Of a DNA stretch of 64,000 nucleotides, positions 19,341 through 29,770 are shown piece after piece. The number at the start of each line of letters is the position of its first letter. Position 1 is the first letter of the stretch. The position numbers and the translations under genes were made by a program. The notes under the pieces were generated by a model. It worked only from the letters and a program-made list of their open reading frames with translations. It ran no database searches and had not been told where the DNA came from. The DNA comes from a bacterium (GTDB lineage: Bacteria; Hinthialibacterota; Hinthialibacteria; Hinthialibacterales; Hinthialibacteraceae), in assembly GCA_041946805.1 (NCBI GenBank), contig JBHGBC010000023.1, forward strand, positions 10,337-74,336, read 5' to 3'.

Positions 19341-19399
19341 AGTATCCTTGGATCTGATAATTTGTCAATGTAGATCAAATTAGTCATCTTAGTGGATTT
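19341..19399 (-). promoter_or_regulatory. Promoter (TTGACA-16-GATACT) with an adjacent possible Rrf2/IscR-type operator
   Basis: On the minus strand, AAATCCACTAAGATGACTAATTTGATCTACA directly precedes TTGACA. Confidence 0.45.
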
Positions 19400-19469
19400 C
19401 GCGTTGCTCAATCCACTCTGCCCTACTCGACTTGTCACGATCATCCCCGCGGGAAAGACCGATAGACAC

Positions 19470-20897
19470 TCACCCTTCACGCACTTCGATTTGCCCCAAC
19501 TTATACCGCCGGCGGCCATCGTTTGAATCAAGCGGCAGGGCGATCACCGGGGTCCCATCCCTTTGGCCCACGGAGAGGAAGACATCGTAGGTACCTGGTT
19601 TCATATTCCTGGGAAATTTAGACTTAAGTTCGATCGCTTGAGTTGGAATATTATCCTTGGACCCCACCGGCAACGACTTCACATCGAAGGATTCACATAC
19701 TAAAACCGCCACTATGCCGCCCTGGGCGTCCTTCAGGGTGATGGCCGGGAATCCGCCGGGATAGCAAGGCGCGACGCCCGCATTGGCCCAGGTCATCGTC
19801 ACCGTAATTGGTTCATTCAAAGTGGCTTGCTTGGGCCAGGAAACCTCGCGCGGTTGGAGCCGGTAGCCCAGCCGCCGGTTGATTTGTTCGATCAAGGCGG
19901 ACTGCTCTCTCAGAAATTCGCGGGGCCACCAGTGGATCGAGACGTAGGCGGCGTGGTAATTCTCGATGGCTTCGAGGTACTTGGAGCCATCGCCCCAGTT
20001 GCCTCGGTCGCGAGATGTTCCATAATGCTCGTTTTCCAAAACCACGGGGAATCGGGGCCAGACCTTCTGCGCGAAATCAGCATGGAAATAATGTTTCGGA
20101 GGAGCCTGGACCAGGATGCTGTCATCGCGCAGGGTCATGCCTTGTTCGAAAGCATAGGGAACGGCCTGTTCGTCATGAAAAGCAAAATCATCATTGATCG
20201 CCAGCAAGGTCTTTTTGAAATGAAGGGTGTGGAGATCGATATGTTTCTTGATCACATCAAATGAATAATCGATCCGGGTGCTCGCAAAGGTATGGGCTTC
20301 CCCCCAGACGCCCATGGACCCGACGTCAATGAAATCCACATTGGGATTGCCGTCATAGCGCCGCGCCGCCGCGGCCAGAAAATGATCCAACTTCTCGAGG
20401 AACACGGGATCGCCGAAATCCGGCTCCCAGTAGCGTCCGTTGTCTTCTTTTCCCTTCCCGGGGGTGAAGCGGTAGCCCTTCGCGCCCGCCTGTTCGACCC
20501 ACCGGGGTGTGGCGTACTCCAGCCAGGATTCCGAACAGGAAAAACGGAACGCCACCCGCAGGCCCTTGTCGATCCAGCGCTGGGCGGGCGTATCGACGAT
20601 GGACCAGTTGAAAACACCTTCCTCCTCCTCGATGAAGGCCCATGGCAAGCGCAGATAGATGACTGACAGGCCGGGAAAATCGTCCAAGGTGTCCGAAGGC
20701 TCCAGTTTGCTTCCGTAGTTGGTGATGATGTTGCTGTAGTGGTGGAAGGTCCACCCCATGAGCGGATTGACCAGCGCTTGGCCGTTATCCGGGAGATTCA
20801 CCGTGATCCGGTCTTCCGCTACCGCCGGCAGGATTGAAATCATGACGATGAAAAGGAAGCCTACGATGATGGTTTTTGAGACGCGCATTAGTATCAT
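19470..20897 (-). CDS. Secreted DUF4832-type protein, glycoside-hydrolase-like (GH42-like TIM barrel)
   Basis: Signal peptide; NPLMGW, YLRLPW..IE..EGVFNW, G.WGE.H and RLGYRL motifs; C-terminal Ig-like domain. Confidence 0.6.
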   Translation of the reverse strand: MILMRVSKTIIVGFLFIVMISILPAVAEDRITVNLPDNGQALVNPLMGWTFHHYSNIITNYGSKLEPSDTLDDFPGLSVIYLRLPWAFIEEEEGVFNWSIVDTPAQRWIDKGLRVAFRFSCSESWLEYATPRWVEQAGAKGYRFTPGKGKEDNGRYWEPDFGDPVFLEKLDHFLAAAARRYDGNPNVDFIDVGSMGVWGEAHTFASTRIDYSFDVIKKHIDLHTLHFKKTLLAINDDFAFHDEQAVPYAFEQGMTLRDDSILVQAPPKHYFHADFAQKVWPRFPVVLENEHYGTSRDRGNWGDGSKYLEAIENYHAAYVSIHWWPREFLREQSALIEQINRRLGYRLQPREVSWPKQATLNEPITVTMTWANAGVAPCYPGGFPAITLKDAQGGIVAVLVCESFDVKSLPVGSKDNIPTQAIELKSKFPRNMKPGTYDVFLSVGQRDGTPVIALPLDSNDGRRRYKLGQIEVREG

Positions 20898-21240
20898 CCT
20901 CCAGATGTTCTTCAGAATGGGGCTATGGCCTTTTCAAAGATATCGAGTCCAATGCCCAGTGTTGGAGATCAGGGGCCGCTATCTTTGGGCACGCTTGTCA
21001 TCTCCGCGCAAGCGGGGATCCAGAAGGCTTTCCCTCACCCTGGCCCTCTCCCAAAGGGAGAGGATTTTCCCTTATCAATCCGCTCAATCCACCGATCGCC
21101 TTTTCTTCAAATGCGGAATCCAGGTACAGGATAAAACGGAACCACCCTTTGAAACTCGCCGCTGTATCCGATGGGCTTTCCATTCCTCCTCCCTCTCCCC
21201 TTGGGAGAGGGCTGGGGTAAGGGAAACTCCTAGATTCGCG

Positions 21241-21855
21241 TCACATCAACTCCAACCGCGGATCGTTTTCATAGGCGGACCCGATATGGCAGAGATGGTT
21301 CAGGGTCTCGGAGAAAAGATCGAACAGGGATTTGAGCTGGTCCCGATTCATGACCGGATCTTCCAGCAAACAGACCAGCTCATCCACACCCTCGGGAAAC
21401 GCCTCCCGGAAATAACCCTCGTCATCGCGCACTTCCAGAAAGATCGAGGGCTGCTCTTCGATCCAATCCCGAATCCAGGCGTTGCTGAAAAGCGCCTTGA
21501 GCTTTTCCTCCGAATTCCCCTGAATGACAAAATCCCGGTCGAAGAGCGGATATCCCACCACCACGTCCTGCAGCCCGAACATTTTTTCGATGGCCGTGAA
21601 CAATCCCCGGCGGTAGATCCGGAACCGGAATCCGTCCTTGTTGAGATAGGGCGCCCGCAAGCGCGTGTACACGATATGATCGTATTGCGAGTCGATCCGG
21701 CAGGTATCCAAGGTGACCGTCCATTCGCCGGTTTTGGCGGTGACCTTTCCCCCTTTCCAGGTATTCCCTTCCTGAAATTGTCCTCCGATTTCCCGGCTCA
21801 GCTGCCGCCACACTTCATCCCGGCTGGGCCCGAAGAGTTTTTTCAACAAGCTCAT
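21241..21855 (-). CDS. Conserved hypothetical protein
   Basis: 204-aa ORF with coding-like composition (FGPSRDEVW..., YTRLRAPY, FDRDFVI); family not confidently recognised. Confidence 0.6.
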   Translation of the reverse strand: MSLLKKLFGPSRDEVWRQLSREIGGQFQEGNTWKGGKVTAKTGEWTVTLDTCRIDSQYDHIVYTRLRAPYLNKDGFRFRIYRRGLFTAIEKMFGLQDVVVGYPLFDRDFVIQGNSEEKLKALFSNAWIRDWIEEQPSIFLEVRDDEGYFREAFPEGVDELVCLLEDPVMNRDQLKSLFDLFSETLNHLCHIGSAYENDPRLELM

Positions 21856-22053
21856 GAAACGATCCTTTCACGCTGGTTTTGAAGCTGGGATTGCTGCTAA
21901 AATCGAAATAAAACCATTGTCTGTGGTATAGATAGAAATGTAAACCGGATAATCCCAAAGAGGTAAGAATCGCCGGATGGTCCATTCCTCCCGATAATTC
22001 GTACCCAACTCCTCGCCCCGCACCGTGTGAAATCCTTTTCCCGGATCAAAGCC

Positions 22054-22848
22054 ATGACCACATCTCCTGGATACCAGGATACATTCATCGCGCAAACTTA
22101 TGATTCCGTCGTTCCGTACCGGAACCGGCAGGACGTTGGCTTTTTCGTGGAGACCGCCCAAACGGCCGGCAGTCCGGTGCTGGAGCTGGCCTGCGGGACA
22201 GGCCGCGTGCTGCTGCCCATCGCCCGCGCGGGCGTCCAGATCACCGGCCTGGACCTTTCCCCCTCCATGCTCGCCGTGTGCCGCGGCCGTCTGGCGCTGG
22301 AACCGCCGGAGATCCAAGCCAACATTCAACTCGCGGAAGGTGACATGCGGAGTTTTGATTTCCCGCGGCGCTTCCGGATGATCCTCATTCCATTTCGTTC
22401 ATTTCAGCATCTTCTGACCGTGGAGGATCAACTCGCATGCCTGCGGTGTTGTCACCGGCATCTCGAGGAAGGGGGACGGTTGACGCTCGACCTGTTCAAT
22501 CCCTGCCTGCCCTACTTATACGACAAGCGCTTTCTGTCGGTCCGGGAATCCGAGCCGGAATTCACCCTGGATGACGGAACCCGGATTGTCCGCGAAAGCC
22601 GCCTTCTGGGCCGCGACCTTTACAATCAGGTGATCGACATGGAATTTCTCTACCACGTCCACTATCCGGACGGCCGCGAAGAGTCCAAATCCCACCGCTT
22701 TTCCATGCGCTACCTCTTCCGGTATGAAGTGGAACATTTGCTGGAGCGGGCGGGATTCCAAGTCGAAGCGGTTTATGCCGATTACAAAAAAGCATCCTAT
22801 GGGTCACAATATCCCGGCGAATTGATCGTCATGGCCCGCAAACGGTGA
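22054..22848 (+). CDS. Class I SAM-dependent methyltransferase
   Basis: VLELACGTGR, GLDLSPSML and GDMRSF motifs. Confidence 0.85.
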   Translation: MTTSPGYQDTFIAQTYDSVVPYRNRQDVGFFVETAQTAGSPVLELACGTGRVLLPIARAGVQITGLDLSPSMLAVCRGRLALEPPEIQANIQLAEGDMRSFDFPRRFRMILIPFRSFQHLLTVEDQLACLRCCHRHLEEGGRLTLDLFNPCLPYLYDKRFLSVRESEPEFTLDDGTRIVRESRLLGRDLYNQVIDMEFLYHVHYPDGREESKSHRFSMRYLFRYEVEHLLERAGFQVEAVYADYKKASYGSQYPGELIVMARKR

Positions 22849-22874
22849 AAAGGATATTGTTTACTGAGAAACAC

Positions 22875-22939
22875 GGGTGGACATCGAGATCCGCCCATAC
22901 TCAATCCCTCACCCTGGCCCTCTTCGGGGGGGAGAGGGG
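22875..22939. repeat. Composite REP: family B (GGGCGGAC..GGTCCGCCCCTAC-like) plus family A
   Basis: Same B-then-A arrangement at 50743-50803 and 61515-61581, and inverted at 63942-64000. Confidence 0.7.
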
Positions 22940-23166
22940 ATTAGGGAATTGATCTCTCCGGCCAGATCGGTTCAAAAGCGGCCGGCCATGCTGGATAAAA
23001 AGTGCACACTTACCGGATGAACCTTGATTTTCTTCATCATCTGTATTTATGGGTAAAGATCAGCCAGAGAGGGAGAGGGGATAAACGGCCGATTTTACAA
23101 TGTCATAATCCTTAATAGGATGATATTGGGATAAGCGCGTCTTTGTCTATAAGGTGTACGTGTTCC

Positions 23167-25131
23167 ATGATCAGCATTACTAACGGTGAATTGTTATTAG
23201 GGGGCAAACCCATCTTTTCCAACCTCTCCTGGCGGATCGACCGGGGGAAACGGACCGGCCTGGTGGGTCCCAACGGGGCGGGTAAAACCTCCCTGCTCCG
23301 GGTTTTGGCGGGTGAATACGCTCTCGAAAAAGGAAATGTGGAAAAATCCCGCAACCTGACAGTCGGGTATTTACCCCAGGATTCCACCGAACTGCCCCGC
23401 CAGCGGGTGGGCGAGATCCTCTGGCAAGCCTTCGCGCCGTTAAACGCCATGGAACAGGAGATGAACCAATTGCTCCACGTCATTCAGTCCACCGAAGACG
23501 GTTCCCCCGCCCACGACAGGGCCCTCCACCGGTACGCGGAACTTCAGGAAAGATTCCACCAGCGCGGCGGCTACCAGCGCGAATCCGAGGCCAAGAAGAT
23601 CATGCTCGGCCTGGGATTCCAGCATGAGGATTGGGACCGCCCCGCCGCCGAGTTCAGCGGGGGTTGGCGCATGCGCATCCTCCTCGCCCGCCTGTTGCTG
23701 GAAAAATCCGACATCCTGCTGCTCGATGAGCCGACCAACCACCTCGATCCCGAATCGCTGGCTTGGTTCGAACAATATTTGTTGGGAACCGAATCCGGCC
23801 TGATCATCGTCAGCCACGATCGTTACTTCCTGGACCGAATCGTGACCCAGATCGCCGAAATCGAACACGGCCGCTTCCGCTTGTATCCCGGTAACTATTC
23901 GCAATACCGGATACAGAAACAAGCGCTACGCGAACAACTTTTGGCTCAAAAACAACATCAGGACCGGGAAATCGCCCACCTGGAGCGCTTCATCGAACGC
24001 TTCAAGGCCAAAAACACCAAGGCGTCGCAGGCTCAATCCCGGGTCAAACGATTGGAAAAAATCGAACGCATCGAGATCGAAACCGATGCCAAGACCGTGG
24101 TGATTCCAATGCCGCCCACGCCCCGCAGCGGCAAGGAAGTGCTGATGCTCGACCGGCTCGGCCATTGTTACGGCGAAGTCCGCGCGTTGCATCCTTTCTC
24201 CGCCGTCATCCACCGTGAGGGCCGCGTGGCCGTGTGGGGGCCCAACGGCGCGGGCAAAACCACCCTGCTCTCGCTCCTGGCCAAGATCATGGAACCCACG
24301 GAAGGAAGCGTGCAGTGGGGATACAACACCCATATCGCCTATTTTTCGCAGCACCACGCGGAGTTGCAGGAATCGCAGCAGAGCGTCCTCGAGGAGTTGT
24401 CCGACGCGGCCCCCCCCGAGATGCAAACCCGCCTGCGGGATGTCCTCGCCGCGTTTCTCTTTCAAGGGGATGATGTGTTCAAACCGGTCTCCGTCCTTAG
24501 CGGTGGCGAAAAAAGCCGGCTGGCCCTCGCCAAACTGCTGGTGCGGCCGGTCAACGTGCTCATCATGGACGAACCGCTCAACCACCTCGATATCGCCACC
24601 GTGGAAACCTTGGAGGAAACCCTGAAGACGTTCGCGGGGACCATTGTCTTCGTCTCCCACGACCGCTTTTTCGCCGACCGCCTGGCAACCCAGATCTGGG
24701 AGATGCAGGCGGGGCGCGTCACGATCTTTCAGGGCAATTTTCAGGATTACGATTACGCCAAACGCCTGCTGGACTTCCCCGCCCCGGACGCAGCCCGGCC
24801 GGCCGCCAAGAGAGGAGCCGATACATCCTCTTCCACCCGCGAACAGCGCAAGGAGCAGCGGCGCCGCGAAGCCGAAGCCCGTAACCATCAGAACGCCCAG
24901 CGCCGCAAACAAGAAAAACAATGCGCGGCCCTCGAGGAAAAAATCCACGAAATCGAAGCCGAAATCCAGACGCTCGAGACACAACTCGCGTCCGGTGAGT
25001 TTGTCCGCGACGAAAACAAAATGGCCGAGCTGAGCCGCCGGTACAAGCAGGCGCTCAAAATCCGCGACCGCCTTTACGCCGAGTGGGAAGAATTGGTGGA
25101 CGCCTTGGAATGCGGAGTTTCGGGGGGATGA
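23167..25131 (+). CDS. ABC-F family ATP-binding protein
   Basis: Two ABC domains (GPNGAGKT, FSGGW, LDEPTNHLD; LSGGEK, MDEPLNHLD), inter-domain linker and C-terminal coiled coil; no TM segments. Confidence 0.92.
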   Translation: MISITNGELLLGGKPIFSNLSWRIDRGKRTGLVGPNGAGKTSLLRVLAGEYALEKGNVEKSRNLTVGYLPQDSTELPRQRVGEILWQAFAPLNAMEQEMNQLLHVIQSTEDGSPAHDRALHRYAELQERFHQRGGYQRESEAKKIMLGLGFQHEDWDRPAAEFSGGWRMRILLARLLLEKSDILLLDEPTNHLDPESLAWFEQYLLGTESGLIIVSHDRYFLDRIVTQIAEIEHGRFRLYPGNYSQYRIQKQALREQLLAQKQHQDREIAHLERFIERFKAKNTKASQAQSRVKRLEKIERIEIETDAKTVVIPMPPTPRSGKEVLMLDRLGHCYGEVRALHPFSAVIHREGRVAVWGPNGAGKTTLLSLLAKIMEPTEGSVQWGYNTHIAYFSQHHAELQESQQSVLEELSDAAPPEMQTRLRDVLAAFLFQGDDVFKPVSVLSGGEKSRLALAKLLVRPVNVLIMDEPLNHLDIATVETLEETLKTFAGTIVFVSHDRFFADRLATQIWEMQAGRVTIFQGNFQDYDYAKRLLDFPAPDAARPAAKRGADTSSSTREQRKEQRRREAEARNHQNAQRRKQEKQCAALEEKIHEIEAEIQTLETQLASGEFVRDENKMAELSRRYKQALKIRDRLYAEWEELVDALECGVSGG

Positions 25132-26486
25132 TTCACCGGGGCGGAATGATGCTCCAGGATTCCAGCCAGGGTGTGGACGAACAAATCCATATCCTGGGGG
25201 CGCGTGGCCTCGGTGGCGCACACCAGCACGCCTTCCCGGCCGTGTCCATCCGCGGGAGCAACCCGGACGCCCGGCAGCAGGCCGGCGGCCTGGCATGATT
25301 CGATGACGGAATCTACCGGGAGCGGCAGTTCCAGCAGGAACTCATTGAAGAAGGGCCGGTCGAACGCCAGCTTCACTCCCCCCAATCCACACAACCGTTC
25401 TTGAAGGATGTGCGCGTTGCGGACGCTGTGTTCCGCCGCGCGCCGCAATCCCTGGGGCCCCAGCAGAGCCAGGTAGACCGTGGCCGCCAGGGCGCACAAC
25501 GCCTGGTTGGTGCAGATGTTCGAGGTGGCCTTGGACCGCCGGATGTGCTGCTCCCGGGTTTGCAGGGTCAGGACATATCCCACGCGGCCGTCCACGTCCC
25601 GGGTGCGGCCGGCCAGGCGTCCCGGCAGCTGGCGGATGTATTGTTGCTTGCAGGCGATAAAGCCCGCGTAGGGCCCGCCGAATTGCGGCGGGATGCCAAA
25701 GGGTTGCAAATCGCCCGTGACCAGGTCCGCTCCGCAAGTCCCGGGGGATTTCAACAAACCCAGGGAATGAACATAGACCGACACTCCCAGCAGACACCCC
25801 GCTTCGCGGGCGGCCGCATGGATGCCGTCCATCGGTTCGAGGATGCCGAAATAATTCGGCTGCTGGACGAAAACCGCGGCAAAGGAATCATCCAGTTCCT
25901 TCCGCAGCGTGTCTGGATCAGTGCCTCCCGCGGCGGCCGGGATCTCGCGTAACTCAATGCCCGGCGCTTTCAGGTAGGTGGTCAAGACCTGGCGGTAGCG
26001 GGGATTCACCGCCCGGGACACCGCAACTCGGTGCTTGCCGGTGACACGGCAGGCCATCAACGCCGCTTCGGCCAGGGCGGAGGCGCCGTCATACATCGAG
26101 GCGTTGGCCGCTTCCATGCCGGTCAGCCGGCACATGTAGGTTTGAAACTCATAGATCGCCTGCAAGGTGCCCTGGCTGACCTCAGCTTGGTACGGCGTGT
26201 AGGCGGTGGCGAAATCGCCCCGCGCAATCAAGGCCGGAACCGCCTGGGGGATGAAATGCCGGTACGCTCCCCCACCCTGGAATGAAACCATCCCCGCGGC
26301 TGGATTTTCATCCGCCGCGGACTGCATATGTTCCGCCAGTTCCATCTCGGTCAGCGGTTCAGGGAAATCAATGACGGGATTCTTGAGCGAATCGGGGATA
26401 CAACGAAACAGTTCCTCCTCTTGGTTCAATCCCAGGGTTTCCAACATGGCCTGAAATTCACCGGGGGTATGGGGAATGTAATTCAT
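25074..26486 (-). CDS. gcvPA: Glycine dehydrogenase (decarboxylating) subunit 1
   Basis: YIPHT, TAYTPYQAEVSQG, NASMYDG and REQHIRRSKATSNICTNQ motifs. Confidence 0.93.
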   Translation of the reverse strand: MNYIPHTPGEFQAMLETLGLNQEEELFRCIPDSLKNPVIDFPEPLTEMELAEHMQSAADENPAAGMVSFQGGGAYRHFIPQAVPALIARGDFATAYTPYQAEVSQGTLQAIYEFQTYMCRLTGMEAANASMYDGASALAEAALMACRVTGKHRVAVSRAVNPRYRQVLTTYLKAPGIELREIPAAAGGTDPDTLRKELDDSFAAVFVQQPNYFGILEPMDGIHAAAREAGCLLGVSVYVHSLGLLKSPGTCGADLVTGDLQPFGIPPQFGGPYAGFIACKQQYIRQLPGRLAGRTRDVDGRVGYVLTLQTREQHIRRSKATSNICTNQALCALAATVYLALLGPQGLRRAAEHSVRNAHILQERLCGLGGVKLAFDRPFFNEFLLELPLPVDSVIESCQAAGLLPGVRVAPADGHGREGVLVCATEATRPQDMDLFVHTLAGILEHHSAPVNHPPETPHSKASTNSSHSA

Positions 26487-26525
26487 GAAACGCTCCTGAT
26501 CGAGTGAGGCCGGAAGCGGCCCGCC

Positions 26526-26909
26526 TTACCCTTCCTGTTCGAGATGCAAACGATACTCCTCCGCGGAGAGCAACTCATGCAGTTCCGAGAGGTCCGACAG
26601 GCCGATTTTGAGGATCCAGCCTTTACCGTATGGATCCTGGTTGATGTATTCCGGATGATCCTGAAGATCGTCATTGACCGCGGTCACCTGGCCGGATACG
26701 GGGGCATAGAGGTCGGCCGCGGTTTTACACGATTCGATCACCGCGCATTCCCCCCCCCGGGACAACTCCTTGCCCAGGTCAGGCAATTCGACGAACACGA
26801 TATCCGACAATTGTTCCTGCGCGTGCTGGGTGATCCCAATCACCCCCACCTTGCCTTCCACCCGAATCCATTCATGCGTTTCCGTGTACCTCAAGTCATT
26901 TGGAATCAT
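26526..26909 (-). CDS. gcvH: Glycine cleavage system H protein
   Basis: YTETHEW, lipoyl-Lys motif IESCKTAADLYAP, INQDPYGKGW. Confidence 0.95.
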   Translation of the reverse strand: MIPNDLRYTETHEWIRVEGKVGVIGITQHAQEQLSDIVFVELPDLGKELSRGGECAVIESCKTAADLYAPVSGQVTAVNDDLQDHPEYINQDPYGKGWILKIGLSDLSELHELLSAEEYRLHLEQEG

Positions 26910-27070
26910 CGATCACCCTTCTTTTTTCACCCAAGATTATGAAAGAATCACCGAATCCCGGGATTCTCTCGTAAGTATCAGCTGAATACGATCCCCAACC
27001 AAGGAAAACGCGCGGGAGTGTCTCTCTTCACACCGGGGATTGAAATGTTTGATTGGTAAATTTCCTTCAT

Positions 27071-28138
27071 TCAACCCTTCACCCGTTTGGCGACAAAGGG
27101 CGGTTTCACCACCTGGACCGGAATTTTTTTGCCCCGGATTTCCACGGCCAGCGCATCCCCCACTGGGCGGTCATGCCGCGCCAGTCCCAGGCCGATACCC
27201 AACCCCAAGATCGGTGAGAATCCGCCACTGGTAGTTTCACCTATCGGTTCATCCCCATTGAAAAGCACGCATCCCTGCCGGGGAATTCCTTTATCGGTCA
27301 GTTGATATCCGATCCGATGCCGGGCCGGACCGGCTGCCTTTTGCCGAAGGAGTGCATCCTTGCCGATAAAATCCTTGTCCCAGGCGATCACCCGCTCGAG
27401 ACCGGCTTCAAGGGGTGTGATCTCCTCGGTGAGCTCATGGCCGTATAGGGAATACCCCATTTCCAACCGCAGGCTGTCCCGCGCCCCCAATCCCGCCGGC
27501 TTCACGCCCATCTCCCGGGCTTGCCGCCACAACTCCACAATCCGGGCCGAGGAAGCGATGATCTCGAATCCGTCTTCCCCCGTGTACCCCGTCCGGGAGA
27601 CCACACCGCCTCCCGCGAGTTCCAGGGCATGATAATATTTCATCGCTTTGAAATCGGCATCCAACAGACGATTGGTAATCGCCAGCGATTCCGGCCCTTG
27701 CACGGCCATCATGCCGGTGGCCAGGGTCCGGTCTTCCAGCGACACGGAATCCTCCAACCGCTCCCGGAACCAGGGAAACAGTTTCTCCCGGTTGGAGGCG
27801 TTCACCACCAGCAGGAACGCGCCGGGACGCAGGGAGGTGACCAAAATATCATCCTTGATCCCGCCTTCCGGATTCAGCACCATTGTGTAGCGCACCCGGC
27901 CGGGCGCCAGGTCCGCCACCCGGGAGGGAATCAACCGTTCCAAGGTCCGGGCCGCGTGTCTTCCGCTCAACCAAAAGCGGCCCATGTGGCTGACATCGAA
28001 CAATCCCGCCTTTTCACGGACTTGTTTGTGTTCCGCCGTGATCGATTCATATTGAATCGGCATGTCCCAGCCGGCAAAATCGACCAAACGCGCGCCGTCG
28101 TTCCGGTGCATTTCATACAACGGTGTTTTCAGGCTCAT
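27071..28138 (-). CDS. gcvT: Glycine cleavage system aminomethyltransferase
   Basis: FAGWDMP, FDVSHMG, RTGYTGEDGFE and GLGARDSLRLE motifs. Confidence 0.95.
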   Translation of the reverse strand: MSLKTPLYEMHRNDGARLVDFAGWDMPIQYESITAEHKQVREKAGLFDVSHMGRFWLSGRHAARTLERLIPSRVADLAPGRVRYTMVLNPEGGIKDDILVTSLRPGAFLLVVNASNREKLFPWFRERLEDSVSLEDRTLATGMMAVQGPESLAITNRLLDADFKAMKYYHALELAGGGVVSRTGYTGEDGFEIIASSARIVELWRQAREMGVKPAGLGARDSLRLEMGYSLYGHELTEEITPLEAGLERVIAWDKDFIGKDALLRQKAAGPARHRIGYQLTDKGIPRQGCVLFNGDEPIGETTSGGFSPILGLGIGLGLARHDRPVGDALAVEIRGKKIPVQVVKPPFVAKRVKG

Positions 28139-28444
28139 GGAATTTCTCGATTCGGCTACCAGGATTTGAAACGTGCAGAGTTTATCATGGATTTCCGATC
28201 GATAAACCACGGCGGGGAAAATAGAATTCCCTCTATTCCACGAAGAAGAGGGCGGTCAGAGAACACGGGTTTCAACGCCTCCACGCCCGGCAGCCGTTGC
28301 GAAAACCCTCTTTTTTCATTATAAATGGTGCGATGTCGGGAATCAGCGCGCCGGTGGCAGATTCCAGCCGGCCGGCAAGGATCGTTCCATGGGAATCCCA
28401 ACGCGGGATGCAAGGATCTTCATAACTCGGAATGGAGAAACAGA

Positions 28445-29668
28445 ATGAACCAGGAAACACACTCTCAAGTCAACCGGCGTGCGTTCGTCAAAACGGCCAT
28501 GGCGGGCGCGGGCCTGACGCTCGTCAAGGCCGAATCGGTGTTCGGCGCCCCCGCCAATTCCGCCCTGACTCTGGGCCTCATCGGCTGCGGCGGCCGCGGG
28601 ACCCATGATTCCGGCCAGTTCGTCCGGATCACCAACACCCAGGTCGTAGCACTCGCCGATCCCTTCAAGGACCGGCTGGAACGCGCCAAGGAAGCCCTGG
28701 ACAAGCGGTTGTCGGAACAAAACCGCCCCCAGATCGAAACATCCCGCCTATACCAGGGCATGGACGCCTACAAAGACCTCCTGGCTTCCGATGTCGATAT
28801 GGTGATCATCACCAGCCCACCGTACTACCATCCGCTCCATCTCGAGGCGGCGGTGGAGGCCGGAAAGCATATCTATATGGAGAAGCCGGTCGCGACCGAC
28901 GTCGTGGGCGCCAAGAAGGTGATGGAAGTCGGCAAAAAAGCCCAAGGCAAGGTCAGCCTGTCCGTCGGATTCCAGATCCGCTTCAGCGAGGGCTATGGGG
29001 CCATCGTCAAGCGGGTGCACGAAGGCGCGATCGGCGAGATCGTCAGCGGGCAGGTGTACTACCACGCCGGACGGCTGGACAACCGCGCCCGGGCGGGAGC
29101 GTCCGAGGGCGAAAACCGGATCCGCAACTGGGTGTTCGACATCCAACTGTCCGGCGACATCATCGTCGAGCAGAACATCCACGTCATCGACGTCGCCAAC
29201 TGGTATCTCCAGAGCCACCCGGTCAAGGCCTACTTGACCGGCGGACGCAAGGCCCGGACCGATGTGGGCGATTGCTGGGACCATTTCGTGGGAATCTATT
29301 GGTATCCGAACGGGACCCAGGTGGATTTCAGCTCCAGCCAGTTCCTGAAGGGTTGGGGCGACTGCCGGGACCGCTTCTTCGGGACCAAGGGCGTCGCCGA
29401 CACGGCGTACGAAGGCCATCCGAAAATCACCGGAGACAACGCCTTCGAGCATCCCACGGATGACCCCCTGGGCGACACCGAGCCGAACAAGATCAACTAT
29501 TTCTATAACAGCGTGCAAAACGGGAAATTCATCAACGAGGCCCAGCAGGGGGCGGAAAGCACGCTCTCCTCGATCATGGGACGCATGGCCGCGTACGAAG
29601 AACGCGTGGTGACTTGGGATGAAATGATGGCCTCGGATCAGAAGTTCGACGTGAAAATCGAATTGTAA
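28445..29668 (+). CDS. Tat-exported Gfo/Idh/MocA oxidoreductase
   Basis: NRRAFVK twin-arginine motif; LIGCGGRG, EKPV and EQNIH.ID motifs. Confidence 0.88.
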   Translation: MNQETHSQVNRRAFVKTAMAGAGLTLVKAESVFGAPANSALTLGLIGCGGRGTHDSGQFVRITNTQVVALADPFKDRLERAKEALDKRLSEQNRPQIETSRLYQGMDAYKDLLASDVDMVIITSPPYYHPLHLEAAVEAGKHIYMEKPVATDVVGAKKVMEVGKKAQGKVSLSVGFQIRFSEGYGAIVKRVHEGAIGEIVSGQVYYHAGRLDNRARAGASEGENRIRNWVFDIQLSGDIIVEQNIHVIDVANWYLQSHPVKAYLTGGRKARTDVGDCWDHFVGIYWYPNGTQVDFSSSQFLKGWGDCRDRFFGTKGVADTAYEGHPKITGDNAFEHPTDDPLGDTEPNKINYFYNSVQNGKFINEAQQGAESTLSSIMGRMAAYEERVVTWDEMMASDQKFDVKIEL

Positions 29669-29770
29669 GATCGTTTTCGAACAGGCCGCTCCCACAAACA
29701 CAGCCGTAATCGAGGGAAAAATAACGTGGCGCGGAGAGACCCCACTCCGCGCCATAGTTGTTTCTATCCC

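Noticed and set aside
19270..19469. SAM riboswitch upstream of the metB-like gene
   Set aside because: No SAM-I consensus is visible, and the predicted leader is too short.
28139..28444. Glycine riboswitch upstream of gcvT
   Set aside because: The GGAGA...CCGAAG...CTCTCAGG aptamer hallmarks are not found on the minus strand.
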